From NCBI GenBank assembly GCA_013239625.1, contig MU053482.1, positions 4,477,775 through 4,541,774 of the forward strand: a stretch of DNA of 64,000 nt, read 5' to 3'. Position 1 is the first letter of the stretch, and each line of letters starts with the position of its first letter. The notes below the pieces were generated by a model. The model was given only the letters and a program-made list of their open reading frames with translations. It had not been told where the DNA came from and did no database searches. This stretch comes from Lama guanicoe (lineage: Eukaryota). Shown here piece by piece: positions 51,061-62,262 of the stretch. Made by a program: the position numbers and the translations under genes.

Positions 51061-51249
51061 TTTTTTTTTTTTTTTGAGAGCAGTATATGTGTATGAGTAT
51101 GTGTGTCTGTGTGCATGTGTTTTAATTGAGGGCAGTGTCTAGTTCTGTTTTTCAGTATCTATTTGTAGTATGTTCACTTAAAAATATGAACTCACTTTTG
51201 TTACTGAATTTGCCCTTTTATAATATGCATTTTTGATTTTTAAAATTAC

Positions 51250-52000
51250 TCTGATTTATCCATTCAACAGGCATTTACTCCTGCCAATATTGTGACAATA
51301 AAGTGTAAAACAGCTTTAACAGAAGTTATATGTATTGGGATCAATAAACACAAAACAGCTAATAATATGATTACTTAATTACAATCATATTAAGTGCCAA
51401 AAAAGAAGAAAATGGGAGAAAATATGAAAGAACATGACATGGCACCTGACTTCATCCAAAGAGGGAGAAAGTCTTCCTTGAGGGTATCCTGATGGAGCTA
51501 AACTCAGAGGAGTAAGCAGAAAATAACTGGGCAAGAGAAGCATATGGGATGGGGGAAAACACAGTAGTAGATTGCAGTCCAGGAAGTTGAAATAGCATAT
51601 GCAAAGGTCCTGGGGAAGGGAAAAGCTGACTCCTTTCAGGAAGTGAGAGACTGTGGTTGAAATGCAAAGATCTATGAACAGAATGCCCAAGACGAAGTTG
51701 GTGAGCAAGCAAAGACCAGATCATGAGGGGCCTGCTGGCCATGCTAAAGACTCCTGTCTCTGTCTTCTGGGCTGCAGGAAGAATTGAAGATTGCTAGAAA
51801 AAAAAGTGACATGATTCTTTTTTCAAAAGATTATTCTAACAGCTAGGTGGGAAAGGTATTGCAAGGAGGCAGTAGAATCAAGAAACTTCTTCACTCGTTC
51901 TAACAGAGATGATAGTGGGTTGGCCTAGCTTGTGGCAGTGGAGATGGAGAAAACTGGGCAGTTTTGAGTTATATTTAGGAGGTAGAACTGACAACTAAGG
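51250..52000 (-). mobile_element. L2 fragment
   Basis: atagcatatgcaaaggtcctgggg...gaccagatcatgaggggcc...gtggcagtggagatggagaaaac. Confidence 0.75.
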
Positions 52001-52319
52001 CCTAAAAACTCAAAGTAATAGATACCTAAGTGTAAGTTTCAAGTTTAAAAAGGGAAAGATCTTAATAAGTTTCAGGGGCATCCTTATTTAGAAAGGGTGG
52101 CAGAGTTTACTTTAAGATGGTAACATTTATGCAGAGACTAAAGGGTTCTCTGGCAAGGTCAGGTTTTATACACATAAATTTTATTTTATATAAAATATAA
52201 ATAATATGTATAATATGTAATCATTTATAGATTACACATTCATTTCATATATCTTCATCTATGATATGAATGCATATTCATTTTCTATTTATAAATATAT
52301 GTGTATTCAAAATGTGCCC

Positions 52320-53311
52320 TTAAGAAAATTAGGAGCTATGAGATGTTCAGGCCATATTCTTATAGAACTCTAAGCTACACAGAATGGACTACTCAACCCA
52401 GATGGTTTGCCTGGGAAATAATGGATATAGTCAGAGAAGTTGCTTCTATTACATAATTTAAATTTACTCTTTCTTTTTCATTCCTGTGAGAAGAGGGACT
52501 TACAACAATTGAAACCATTAGTTTCCTGGGGAGCCAGACACAGACAGAGCAGCTGGAGAGAAAAATCTCTAGCTGTCTTCATTTCCTTCAGCCTTCTGGA
52601 ACTAGAATTTCCTGGCTCTTGAGAAGGTCTGAATAGTGAAAGATGAGTTGTGGCCATCTGGTACTTTCTGGGGACGTGCCATTGGATCATGAAGAAATTA
52701 CTGGGCTAGGGGTTAGGAAATAGGAGTTCTAACTCCAGTTCTAGACCTGGTCCTGGACTGCCTTGGGTAAATTACTTGGCCTCTCTGGGCCTTGATTTTC
52801 AGCTGTGGGATTTGGACAAGTATATGTCTGGTATCCCCATAGTACTCATTCTATGATTCAAAGAGAGAGCATGAGGCCTCCTACTTAACATTTCACGTTT
52901 CTTTAATCATTCATTAATTCATTTGACAAATGAGAACCCACTACGTGCCAGTATTATCGTAGCATCAGGCACACAGCAGTGAACAAAAACAAACATCCTA
53001 GTGGAATTTAGATTCTAGTGTCTGTAGTGGCTTTATCCAAATCCTGGGTCATTAGCGATAGCATCTTTAATAAACTGTTCAAAGAAGTTTTGTTTGTTTG
53101 TTTTTGTTTCTTAACATTAATGAAGAGAAGTTCCTTCTTCCCGGAAGCCTTTTCTCTGAAGACACCAGTGGGGCTGAGTGGTTTCTTCTTCAGTAAGTTA
53201 TAGCATTTTGTGCTATACGACTTGTACATAACTTATATGTGGATTCACACATGAAGAGACATAAATCTTTCCTATTGAAATTCTACATTGGTGTTGGTCA
53301 TCTCAATCAGA
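52320..53311 (-). pseudogene. Decayed coding-like exon split by MIR3 (~52690-52850) and L2 (~52900-53000) insertions
   Basis: Acceptor ...agtttacAG|53311 in phase 2, in frame with ORF 53008-53229 (KKPLSPTGVFREKASGKKE). After the inserts, one frame runs 52690 to ~52320 with 2 stops in ~123 codons. Confidence 0.5.
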
Positions 53312-53339
53312 CTGTAAACTTGCAGAAGTGACCACTTAC

Positions 53340-53830
53340 CTTCAGGCGGCAGCACAGTGCTAGGCCCCCCCTAGCAGGTCCTCAACGGGCTCTGAGCGGT
53401 GGGAGTACCCTGGGGCCAAAACTCCGGGGCTGAAACTCCACAGCCTTGCAGACTTGCTCAGGAAAGGCCTTCAGAGCAGAATTGCACCACCTGCTCAAAT
53501 CCGACTCTGAGGCTCTGGCCAGGTTCCCTCCGCTCTGCCTGGCCTTTCACGCCATCCCAAGGCTCAGCCTTGCTCAGGTCCTGCTGCCACAGCTGTCAGC
53601 TCTCTACGGCAGGCGCTAACATCCCAGGGAATATCCTAGAAAACCCCCAGAAACCCCCCCGAGGTGTAAGAAGAAAGCATTAGAACGCGCGCGCACACAA
53701 ACACACATTTACTTTTTATCCAAAAAATGAGAAAAATTAAGATTTACTGACATGTCACGTGTAGGTGACAACAGCACTTCCACTTGCCGCGCGTGTCTGA
53801 TGGCTCTGAGCATGTGTTGTGCACAGGTCA
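53340..53830. promoter_or_regulatory. CpG-enriched promoter/enhancer-like region
   Basis: Retained CpGs; GTCACGTG E-box at 53754-53761; cttgccgcgcg; minus-strand consensus donor AAG|GTAAGT at 53340/53339. Confidence 0.45.
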
Positions 53831-53989
53831 CTAGAAGGGAAGGGTAATAGGAGTTTCCACAGCAAAGAGGGGGTCACTGAGGGTTCAGTGAGGTACATTT
53901 ACAGATTACGTTATCTGGTTTTTAACTAACTTGCCCTCACAAAATAGAAAAGTGGCTTCAAAAGATTCCTTAAAAAAACGGCAGCTGGA

Positions 53990-54220
53990 ATATAATGCCT
54001 GCTAATGGCATTTAGTACACACCAGGCACTGCCGTAAGTGCTTCATTATTTCATTTAACCCTCACCAAAACCCTGGGAGGAATGGACTCTTTTTACTCCT
54101 ATTTAAAATTTGAACAACAAAATACCGGGTCATGGAGAGTTTAAGTAAATTGCTAGTCAATGGCAGAGCCTCAAGTCACCCCAGGCAGTCTGCCTCTAGT
54201 CTGTGCTCTTAACTTTAATG
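53990..54220 (-). mobile_element. MIR SINE
   Basis: tcatttaaccctcaccaaaaccctgggagg...gtttaagtaaattgc. Confidence 0.65.
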
Positions 54221-54899
54221 TAATACTCGGAAGCACCAGGAAACAAGAAGATGGCCCGAAGAAATGCTGCTCTTCCTCTTCTTCATAGGACACCTCAGAC
54301 AGACATCTTAGGAAGCTAAAAGTCTGACCAGTGTGAGCATCAAAGGTATTTGAAATACAGATTGGCATTCACTATCCTTAGTGATCAAATTTGCCTTAAA
54401 TTATTTAGGTCTTGGGAATATTAGCCAATAATATTAGGATGTAAGTAAATAAATAAATAAACAAGTATCAACACATATTAGTGCTTTATTAAATAAGCAC
54501 CTGGTCAAAACAAATTGGAGACCACTGCCCTTGAGATGGACAAACAGCTAAACAACTTGCCGTGAGGGTCTGGAAGCTCACACTCCAAATTGTTTACTGT
54601 GGTTACTTTCTAGGTAATGAGACTGCATACATGAAATAGTTTTAAGATAAAAATTTCCACTATTACCTCTAGACTTAAACAATGTTGGAATTTCCCAAAC
54701 TACCATCAAATATTTTATAAGGAAAAGTTAAAGAACAAAATTTATTTCTGTGTCTCTACCCGCAACCTCGAAGTGCCTAACTTCTTAGCATGGCGCTTAG
54801 GAACTTCTGTGATGTTTGTGACCCTATTCAGCTCCCTGTTGCTTTTGCCTTCCAGGGATCTCTTCTCCCTGGGGTCTCTGTTGGGTTCTCAGCACTCAG

Positions 54900-55320
54900 T
54901 TCCATCTTTGCCCATTGCATTAGACATGCGACGCAGTCTGAGCCAACCACAGATAAAGAGGCTCCTTTTTGTCACTGTCATGCATCCTACCAATCATCTG
55001 AGGCTCAAATGCCATGACCTGATAGAAGCTATTTCCCTACACACTCAGGACTCTACACATACATCTATTATATCCTTTAAACATATTTGTTTTAATTATG
55101 GACGGGGTTGCCACATGAAATTGTGCAAGTTGTTCAATGCACACAGATGCCTGACTAAGGGTGAATGAGGCTGAAGTCTGCCCCCAAGCACTTCTCACCA
55201 AGCGGTGAGCCCCAGAGCAAGCTCCCCAAACTCAGAGAACACTCTTGTTCATTTCTCTGGCACAGCTCCTGGCAAGATGCCTTGTCAGAAGACTCTCAAT
55301 AAATATCTGTTGAATTGAAT
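54900..55320 (+). mobile_element. L2 3' end interrupted by a MER91-like hAT fragment (~55105-55240)
   Basis: Ends ctcaataaatatctgttgaattgaat; insert aaattgtgcaagttgttcaatgcaca. Confidence 0.6.
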
Positions 55321-55956
55321 TTCAGAGTACATTTTCAGACATAAAACTCTTATATGCTCCATCATTTTTAATCTTCTTTATTCAATTATGCAGGAAATCA
55401 GTCACCACACTGACTATATGCTCTCTTAAGCATCTATCACAGTATCAAACACTTTAGGGATATTTAGTGGCGATTAATTTATTATGATAAATGATCCTTG
55501 CTTATTTTCTGTTCTTTTCGTTACATTTTTAAAATCTACTTTATGATCTACTTTCCAAGTTTTATTTATTATACTTTATCTTCCAAAGAGCGTGTATGAT
55601 TGTAGTACTCACACAAGATAAATTTTGAAGTTTTTGTAGTTAAATCAAATAAGACATGGAGTCTGGTTAAGAATTTATGATTTGTCAGAAACAGCAGTGC
55701 CATTTATGCTGCAGGAACCCAATAAATGTTGATTATTGACAAGAACTGTGATGATGATTGGAGTTAAAATTTTACACTCTGCCTGCAGATAAGTAAATGA
55801 GATAATAGTTGAAGTTTCTGAATTTTTTTAAGTTAAAAAACATGGCATAATTATCTGTGCATGTAGAAAACTCTATGAACAACTAGCATCCAAGTGTCAA
55901 TTTCAATTTTTCCTACTAGGGGACTCAGGGAAACCAATGAGAAAATATTCCTTTAC

Positions 55957-56016
55957 TCATTTGTACTGGTCTGTGAAAGGTCTTGATAAACAAGTTTCGA
56001 CGAAAAACTGCCTGCT
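55957..56016 (-). pseudogene. 60-nt symmetric phase-2 exon, frame still open
   Basis: Long pyrimidine tract plus ttttacAG acceptor; donor TGA|GTAAAG; reads (P)AGSFSSKLVYQDLSQTSTN(D) and is phase-compatible with both neighbouring remnants. Confidence 0.55.
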
Positions 56017-56489
56017 CTGTAAAAAGAGGGAAGAGGAGGGAAAGGAGGAAAGGAATAACAACTGCTATTTATCTTTTGAAAGAAAAGGTTTACTTTTAGG
56101 ATTTGTAGGAAGGGATTGATAATCTTCCAGAAAAGAGCAACAATAAGGATTAAATAACTAAATCTTTAAAAAGCGATTAAAAAAAAAAAGTGAGATCCGT
56201 TAGTCTAGCGAAAATCATCAAATAACTGAAAGACCAGTTATTACATTTAAAATATGTAAGGTCAAGCAGCAAACATCATTTGCTGAAATTTTAAAAGAAA
56301 GGCCCAAAGACTTTGAATCACCATCTTAGTTAAAAATAAAAAGTGATTAGTCATTGCTTTCGTCCACTGAAGATAAACTATACTTATTATTTAACCAACA
56401 ACTTTGAAAAGTATTATATAGAAATATTTCTATATATTAAAATGTTTTCTATACTATCTATGGAAGCAAACAAGGTTTTACCTATGATG

Positions 56490-56720
56490 AAAGACTAATT
56501 TAGAGTTAGACTTCTTGGGTTGGAATCCTAGCTCTAACATTTATTAGCCTTGTGACCTTGGCAAGTTACTTAACTCCTCTATTCTTGTTTCCCTGTTGCA
56601 AAATAATAATTGTATCAACTCAGAATGTTGTGGGGAGTAATGAGACACTATGTGTAAAATGTTTAACATAAAGCCTGGAAACCACGGTAAATACTTAATA
56701 ACCATTTGCTATTGTTATTA
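56490..56720 (+). mobile_element. MIR SINE
   Basis: ttgggttggaatcctagctct...tgtgaccttggcaagttacttaac. Confidence 0.85.
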
Positions 56721-57004
56721 GAGTTACAATAAAGAACTTATGAACCAAAGCAGACAATAAAAGACCATAAAAGTTTCCAAGTATTGTGCATCTACAAAGT
56801 TTCAGTCACCATGTTAGTCAATTTCCATACCTTATTTTTTAATCAGTTGTTTTAAAATTATGACACACATGCCTCTCACCCCATAAAAAAATTAAAACAA
56901 CATAGCAGGATTTAATGTGAAAATGAAAAATGGAAGATCCCAGCTAACCTTGACATTGCTATTGACAGCCTCTCTCTCTACATATGAACTCCATCTTTTT
57001 AAAA

Positions 57005-57780
57005 TAATATTTTTATTGAAGTACAGTCAGTTTACAATGTCGTGTCAATTTCTGGTGTACAGCACAATGCTTCAATCATATAGGAACATACATATATTCA
57101 TTTTTATATTCTTTTTCACTGTAACTTACTGCAAGATACTGAATATAGTTCCCTGTGCTATACAGTATAAACTTGTTTATCTATTTTATATATAGTATTT
57201 AGTATCTGCAAATATTGAACTCCCAATTTACCCCTTCCCACCCCCTTCCATGACTGGTAACCATAAATTTGGTTTCTATGTCTGTGAGTCTGTTTCTGTT
57301 TTGCAAATAAATTTGTTTGTCTTTTTTTTTTTTTAGATTCCACATATAAGTGATATATGGTGTTTTTCCTTCTCTTTCTGGCTTATTTCACTTATAATAA
57401 CCTCCTCCAGGTCCATCCATGTTGCTGCAAATGGCATTATTTTATTATTTTTATGGCTGAGTAGTATTCCATTGTATAAATATACCACATCTTCTCTATC
57501 CAGTCATCTTTGATGGACATTTAGGTTGTTTCCATGTCTTGGCTATTGTAAATAGTGCTGCTATGAACATTGGGGTGCATGTATCATTTTGAATTAAGTT
57601 TCCCTCTGGATATATGCCCAGGAATAGGATTGCTGGATCATATGGTAAGTCTATTTTTAGTCTTTTGAGGAATCTCCATACTGTTTTCCATAATGGCTGC
57701 ACCAAAATACATTCCCATCAGCAGTGTAGCAGGGTTCCCTTTTCTCCACAGCCTCTCAAGCATTTATCATTTATGGATGA
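57005..57780 (-). mobile_element. Relatively young LINE-1 3' end
   Basis: Minus [28 protein letters not shown]...CTPMFIAALFTIAKTWKQPKCPS plus 3'UTR. Confidence 0.95.
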
Positions 57781-57879
57781 CCCCTATCTTTTAGTACACA
57801 AATGCTGTATATGATATATTGCAACTTGCTTTTTTTTCATTTATTATATCTTGATTTTCTTTCTATACCACTTTAAAAA

Positions 57880-58870
57880 AAACTTTTCATTTTGGAATAA
57901 CTTTGGATTTATAGGAAGTTATAATATGAGCTTATGTGAAATATATAATATTAAACATGAAGTATGTAATATGAGAATATTATATAATATTTGGCAAAAA
58001 TAAGAAATTAATATGGTACATTAATATTAACTAAACTCTGGTCTTTGTTCAGATTTCCCTAGTTTTTTTTACTAATGTCTTTTTCTATTCAGAATCCAAG
58101 CCAGCACACCATGCTGCATTTAGTCCATATCAGTTTTAAGATTTTCATCTCACTCTATTTTAACAACTATGTAGTATTACATACTACGTGTGGTTTGAGT
58201 ACACCATAATTTACATAATCCTTTTGGCAAATGTTCATAATATTTCTAGTTTTGAGTTATTATAAACAATACTGTAATGAACATCATTATGTATATACCT
58301 TTTTTCATTTGTGCTGTAAGATAATCTTAGAAATAGAATTGCTGGGATGTATACATTTTGATATATATAGTGCCATATTGCCTTTGAAGAAGTTTACCTT
58401 AATTATATGCCACAAAGTTTTTGTTTGTATTGTTTTTGGAGGGGAGATAGCTAGGTTTTTATTTATTTATTTATTTAGAGGAGGTACTGGGGATTGAACC
58501 CAGGACCACTGAGCTACATCCTCCTCCTCTACAAAAATTGAAATGAGTTCTTATATCCCCATAAGTCTTACTAATCTGAGAGTAATGATAGAAGTTTTTT
58601 TACACTTGCAATTCTTTAATAATGAGTAAAGTAGAGCATTTTTTCAAAAGTTTATTGTCAATTTGTACTTCATTTTTTATGAAGTGCCAATTTATCTTCT
58701 TTAAGCATTCTTCTGTTGGGTTGTTCATCTTCTCCTTATTGATTTAAAAGAGCTCTTTTATATTAAGGAAATTAGCCATTTGTCATATTTGTTGCAAGTA
58801 TTCTTCCAGCTGATATTTTGTCTTTTGATTTTATATTAGTATTTTGCTATGTGCAAGTTAAACAATTTTT
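57880..58870 (-). mobile_element. Old L1MC/ME fragments
   Basis: ttttggaataactttggattta; tataaacaatactgtaatgaacatc; agagcattttttc..; agagctctttatatattaagga. Confidence 0.65.
58417..58528 (-). mobile_element. Vic-1-type SINE with internal deletion
   Basis: Reverse strand reads ggatgtagctcagtggtcctgggttcaatccccagtacctcc; the segment between the A and B boxes is missing. Confidence 0.85.
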
Positions 58871-59073
58871 ATTACCATTTTTCTTTTGCACCTCTGAGTT
58901 TTGTTTTCGTTCCATGACAAAATTATTAGAAAATACTCACTTTTGTGTACATTATTTCCAATCCTCACAATCCTATAAAGTAATTATTACAACGAGCCCT
59001 GAGATTCTCAAGGAATACTGAGATCTAGTCAAACACGAAATTTATAAATACTACTCTATTGCAAAGATCTTAC

Positions 59074-59789
59074 GGAACCACTTCAAAAGATTAATGCCAT
59101 GGCTCCAACTTTATATTATTAGATTCCTCCTTATTCTTGGACCTTGAAATTTGAGCATATGCAGAACCCAGGACCTTGTACATGCTAAGCATGCGCTCTT
59201 CCACTGAGCTATTTCCCTTCCAACCCCATATTTCCTGTTAACGTGAGCCTTTTTATGCTGTTGAACACACTGAGCTATAAACCATTTGTTTTATGGATTT
59301 CTTCAGCTTAGAAAGGGGGAAGCACTTCCGTGGCAATGATTCTTTTTCAGTTTATATTAATGGAGAATGCTACTTCAGGCCCTTGAACTAATATTTCTCT
59401 GAGGTCAAAGTAGGTTGAGAGCTCCACTAACATCTTCACTCTATTGCTTCATAAAAATATTTGTGTATCTTCCTAGGTTTTTCCTGGGTTACATTTTTTT
59501 GAGTATCATGTTTCCTGTTCTTATCTTCACACCAAAAGTTAGTAATCTTTTCAGTGTTTACTACATTTCCTACTCAGTTGATTACTTTTTTTTCCCCCCA
59601 GTGGTGGAAGCACTTACTGAAATAGTTTCCCAAATTGTTTTTTCTTGTTTCTTTATTGGTGTTGTCATTTCCATCACTATAAGCCATTGACTAATTTTAC
59701 ATTTCACACTCTAACTTAGCCAGAGAGCCTATCTCTTTATTAGTTACTTCAATCTCATTGCTAATGGTTGGATTTCTTTTCAGAGCCAT
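59074..59789 (-). pseudogene. Large decayed coding-like exon (K/N/E-rich) with mutated acceptor, containing a SINE
   Basis: ttttcttttattttgcAA (AG lost), then MALKRNPTISNEIEVTNKEIGSLAKLECEM*N*SMAYSDGNDNTNKETRKNN...; ends SFEVV-CC|GTAAGA (phase 2). Confidence 0.5.
59161..59226 (-). mobile_element. 3'-truncated (tailless) Vic-1/tRNA-type retrocopy
   Basis: Reverse strand reads gggaaatagctcagtggaagagcgcatgcttagcatgtacaaggtcctgggttc and then stops; flanked by CATAT at 59156-59160 and 59227-59231. Confidence 0.85.
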
Positions 59790-60999
59790 TTGCAAAATAA
59801 AAGAAAATATTAAGCATGTTCATGGACATACTACACGGGTGGAGAAGAGTAGGCAACGATGAAACTATGTCAAAGTATAGTTGCTGGGTGATCAAGAAGA
59901 TTTATTCAGTAGCTAAAATACTAGTTTATTAACTCATTTATCCAACAAATATTTAAAAGCACCTACTGTGTGCCAGGCATTGTTAGGGATGCGTAGTCCC
60001 TCATGGAGCTCAGACTAGTCCTGGGAAAACTGTAGCCAGCATATATTGATTAAGTGTATACCAGGCAGTGTGTTGTGTGCTTCAAGGCTTTATGTCAATT
60101 TCCTCACTTGTAACAGGGGGGTAATAGTAATGGTTATGTATAAAGTTGTTGAGATAATTGAATGAAATTTGTATAAAGCGCCTAGAACAGTGTTGGAGAT
60201 ATATATGATATATATTCAACCGATCTTAGCTGTTTTAGTTTTGTGATTATTATTATTTTCTTTATTATTTAATACAACCTTTGTAAGATAGAGCTATTAT
60301 CATCCTTATTTTACAGATAAGAAAACTAAAGCTTGTGAATTTAAGAGATCTATCCAGGAAGGCCAAACAGTTGATAATAACTCGGGTAGGATTCAAATTC
60401 AGGTAACCAATTATTTCAGTCATTCAGCTGTATAGTCCCCTATACTCCAGCTAAAGTATAAAATTCAGATTTCGTCTTTAGCTCAATTATAGAATGCTAC
60501 ATATCATAAAACTTTCTGGTCAAAGCTGCAAATGTTAAATTGGTAAATGCCAAAGTCATACTTTATTACTCCCATCTTCTAGTTGAGAAAGAAGAGGTTC
60601 AGAGAGGTCTCATGTGGAGAAAGTGGCAGAGCTTGGATCTCAGAACAGGTCAGTCTGGCTCCAAAGCCACATCACTAAAGATCTTCTTTTAACCTCATTA
60701 AAACATAGTCATGGTGAAAACCTCTACTCAACATTTACAAAATGCATTTAACATTATTACTAATAGTTCCAATTATAGTGATAAACATTATTACTAACTC
60801 ATGTTTTTTTCGTTTTTAAATTTTATTTTTTATTGACGTGTAGTTGATTTACATATCACTAGCTCTTAAATTGTATCATATGACTTTGACTATATGGCTG
60901 TTTAAAAGTCATTTAAAACATAGAAATGTTTCACAAAAGGTCTTGAAATATAAAAGAGGAAAGAAATACCTTAGGTATTACCATGAACATTTTAAATAC

Positions 61000-61402
61000 A
61001 CTTTTCATTTTAGAATAATTTTAGATTTGCAGAAAAGTTGCTAAGACAGACAGAGAGTACACATGTACCCTTCCCAGCAACCCCCATGGTTAACATCTAA
61101 TGTTACCGTTGTACATTTATCAAAACTAAGAAATTGACTTTGGAACATAAGTAACCAAACTACAGGTTTTATTTGAATTTCACCAGTTCTTGCGTTAATG
61201 TTCTCTCTCTGTTCCAGGATCCCATCCAGGGTACCACAATGCATTTAGTTGTCATATTTCCACGGTCTCCTCTGGTCTGTGACAGTTTCTCAGTGTTTCA
61301 TTGTTTATCTCAAGCTTAACTAAAGAATAGTGGCCAGATATTCTGTAGAGTGTCCCCCAATCTGGGTTTTTCTCATATTTTTGTCATGTTTTGACTGGGA
61401 CT
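61000..61402 (-). mobile_element. L1MC-type 3'UTR fragment
   Basis: tttagaataattttagatttgcagaaaagttgc...gttccaggatcccatccagg..ccacaatgcatttagttgtc. Confidence 0.85.
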
Positions 61403-61519
61403 CTATTATGAACATTTTAAAGTGAAAGGAAAAAGAAAAATAATCCAAAAAAGTTATAAGGAAAACAAACAATCCTGGGACTTCTTTTTTTTAACATGAA
61501 TCACACATGGAAAATGTCA

Positions 61520-62085
61520 TTAATTCAACAAATATTTATGAAGCACCTACTATGTGGTTCCAGGCACAGAGGATGCATTAAGGAAACTAATTTAGATTGA
61601 CAGGTTTTAACTAAGAGAAGAACATAATCTGATATATTTTTAAAAGATCACTCTGGATGCTCTGTGGAATATAAATTGCTGGGGAATAAGAGTAGAAACC
61701 AGGAACCAGTTAGGAGACAACTGCAGTAATCCAGGCAAGAAAATATAGTGATTGGATTGAGATGAGCAGCAGTAGACATAAAGAGAAGTGGTTGGACTGG
61801 GATATATTTCGGAGGAGGAAGCAACAGCACTTAGTAATGAATTGAACATAAGATGAAGATTCTCAAGTTTTTGTCTTGATAAACTGAACTGATGGCAGTG
61901 TAATATACTCAGGTGGGGAGAACTGACAGAGTATATGTTGCAGGAGGTAGGTAGGGGACACTTGGAAAGCGAATATTCTGTATAGGTCAAATTAAATTTG
62001 GGAAGTTTTGAGTCATCAGAAAGGTAGATTGGATTTATGAGTTTGGAGCCCATGGGAAAAGTTAGGGCTGGAGACATAAAATTCA
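61520..62085 (-). mobile_element. L2 fragment
   Basis: attcaacaaatatttatgaagcacctactatgtg...aaagatcactctggatgctctgtgga...gggctggagacataaa. Confidence 0.8.
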
Positions 62086-62262
62086 TATATAAAATAAATA
62101 AACACATGTATATGTAACATCTGTAACTTAATTTACTAGAAAGAGTAGCCATATATTTCTACTCATTCATTTATTTATTAATCAATTCATGCATTCATGT
62201 ACTTATTCCACAAATATTTATTGTATACCTACCAACCTAATACAGTCTCTAGTACAGTTACA

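Noticed and set aside
53361..53378. Possible CTCF motif (also near 13355 and 25260)
   Set aside because: Mismatches at core positions; not supportable from sequence alone.
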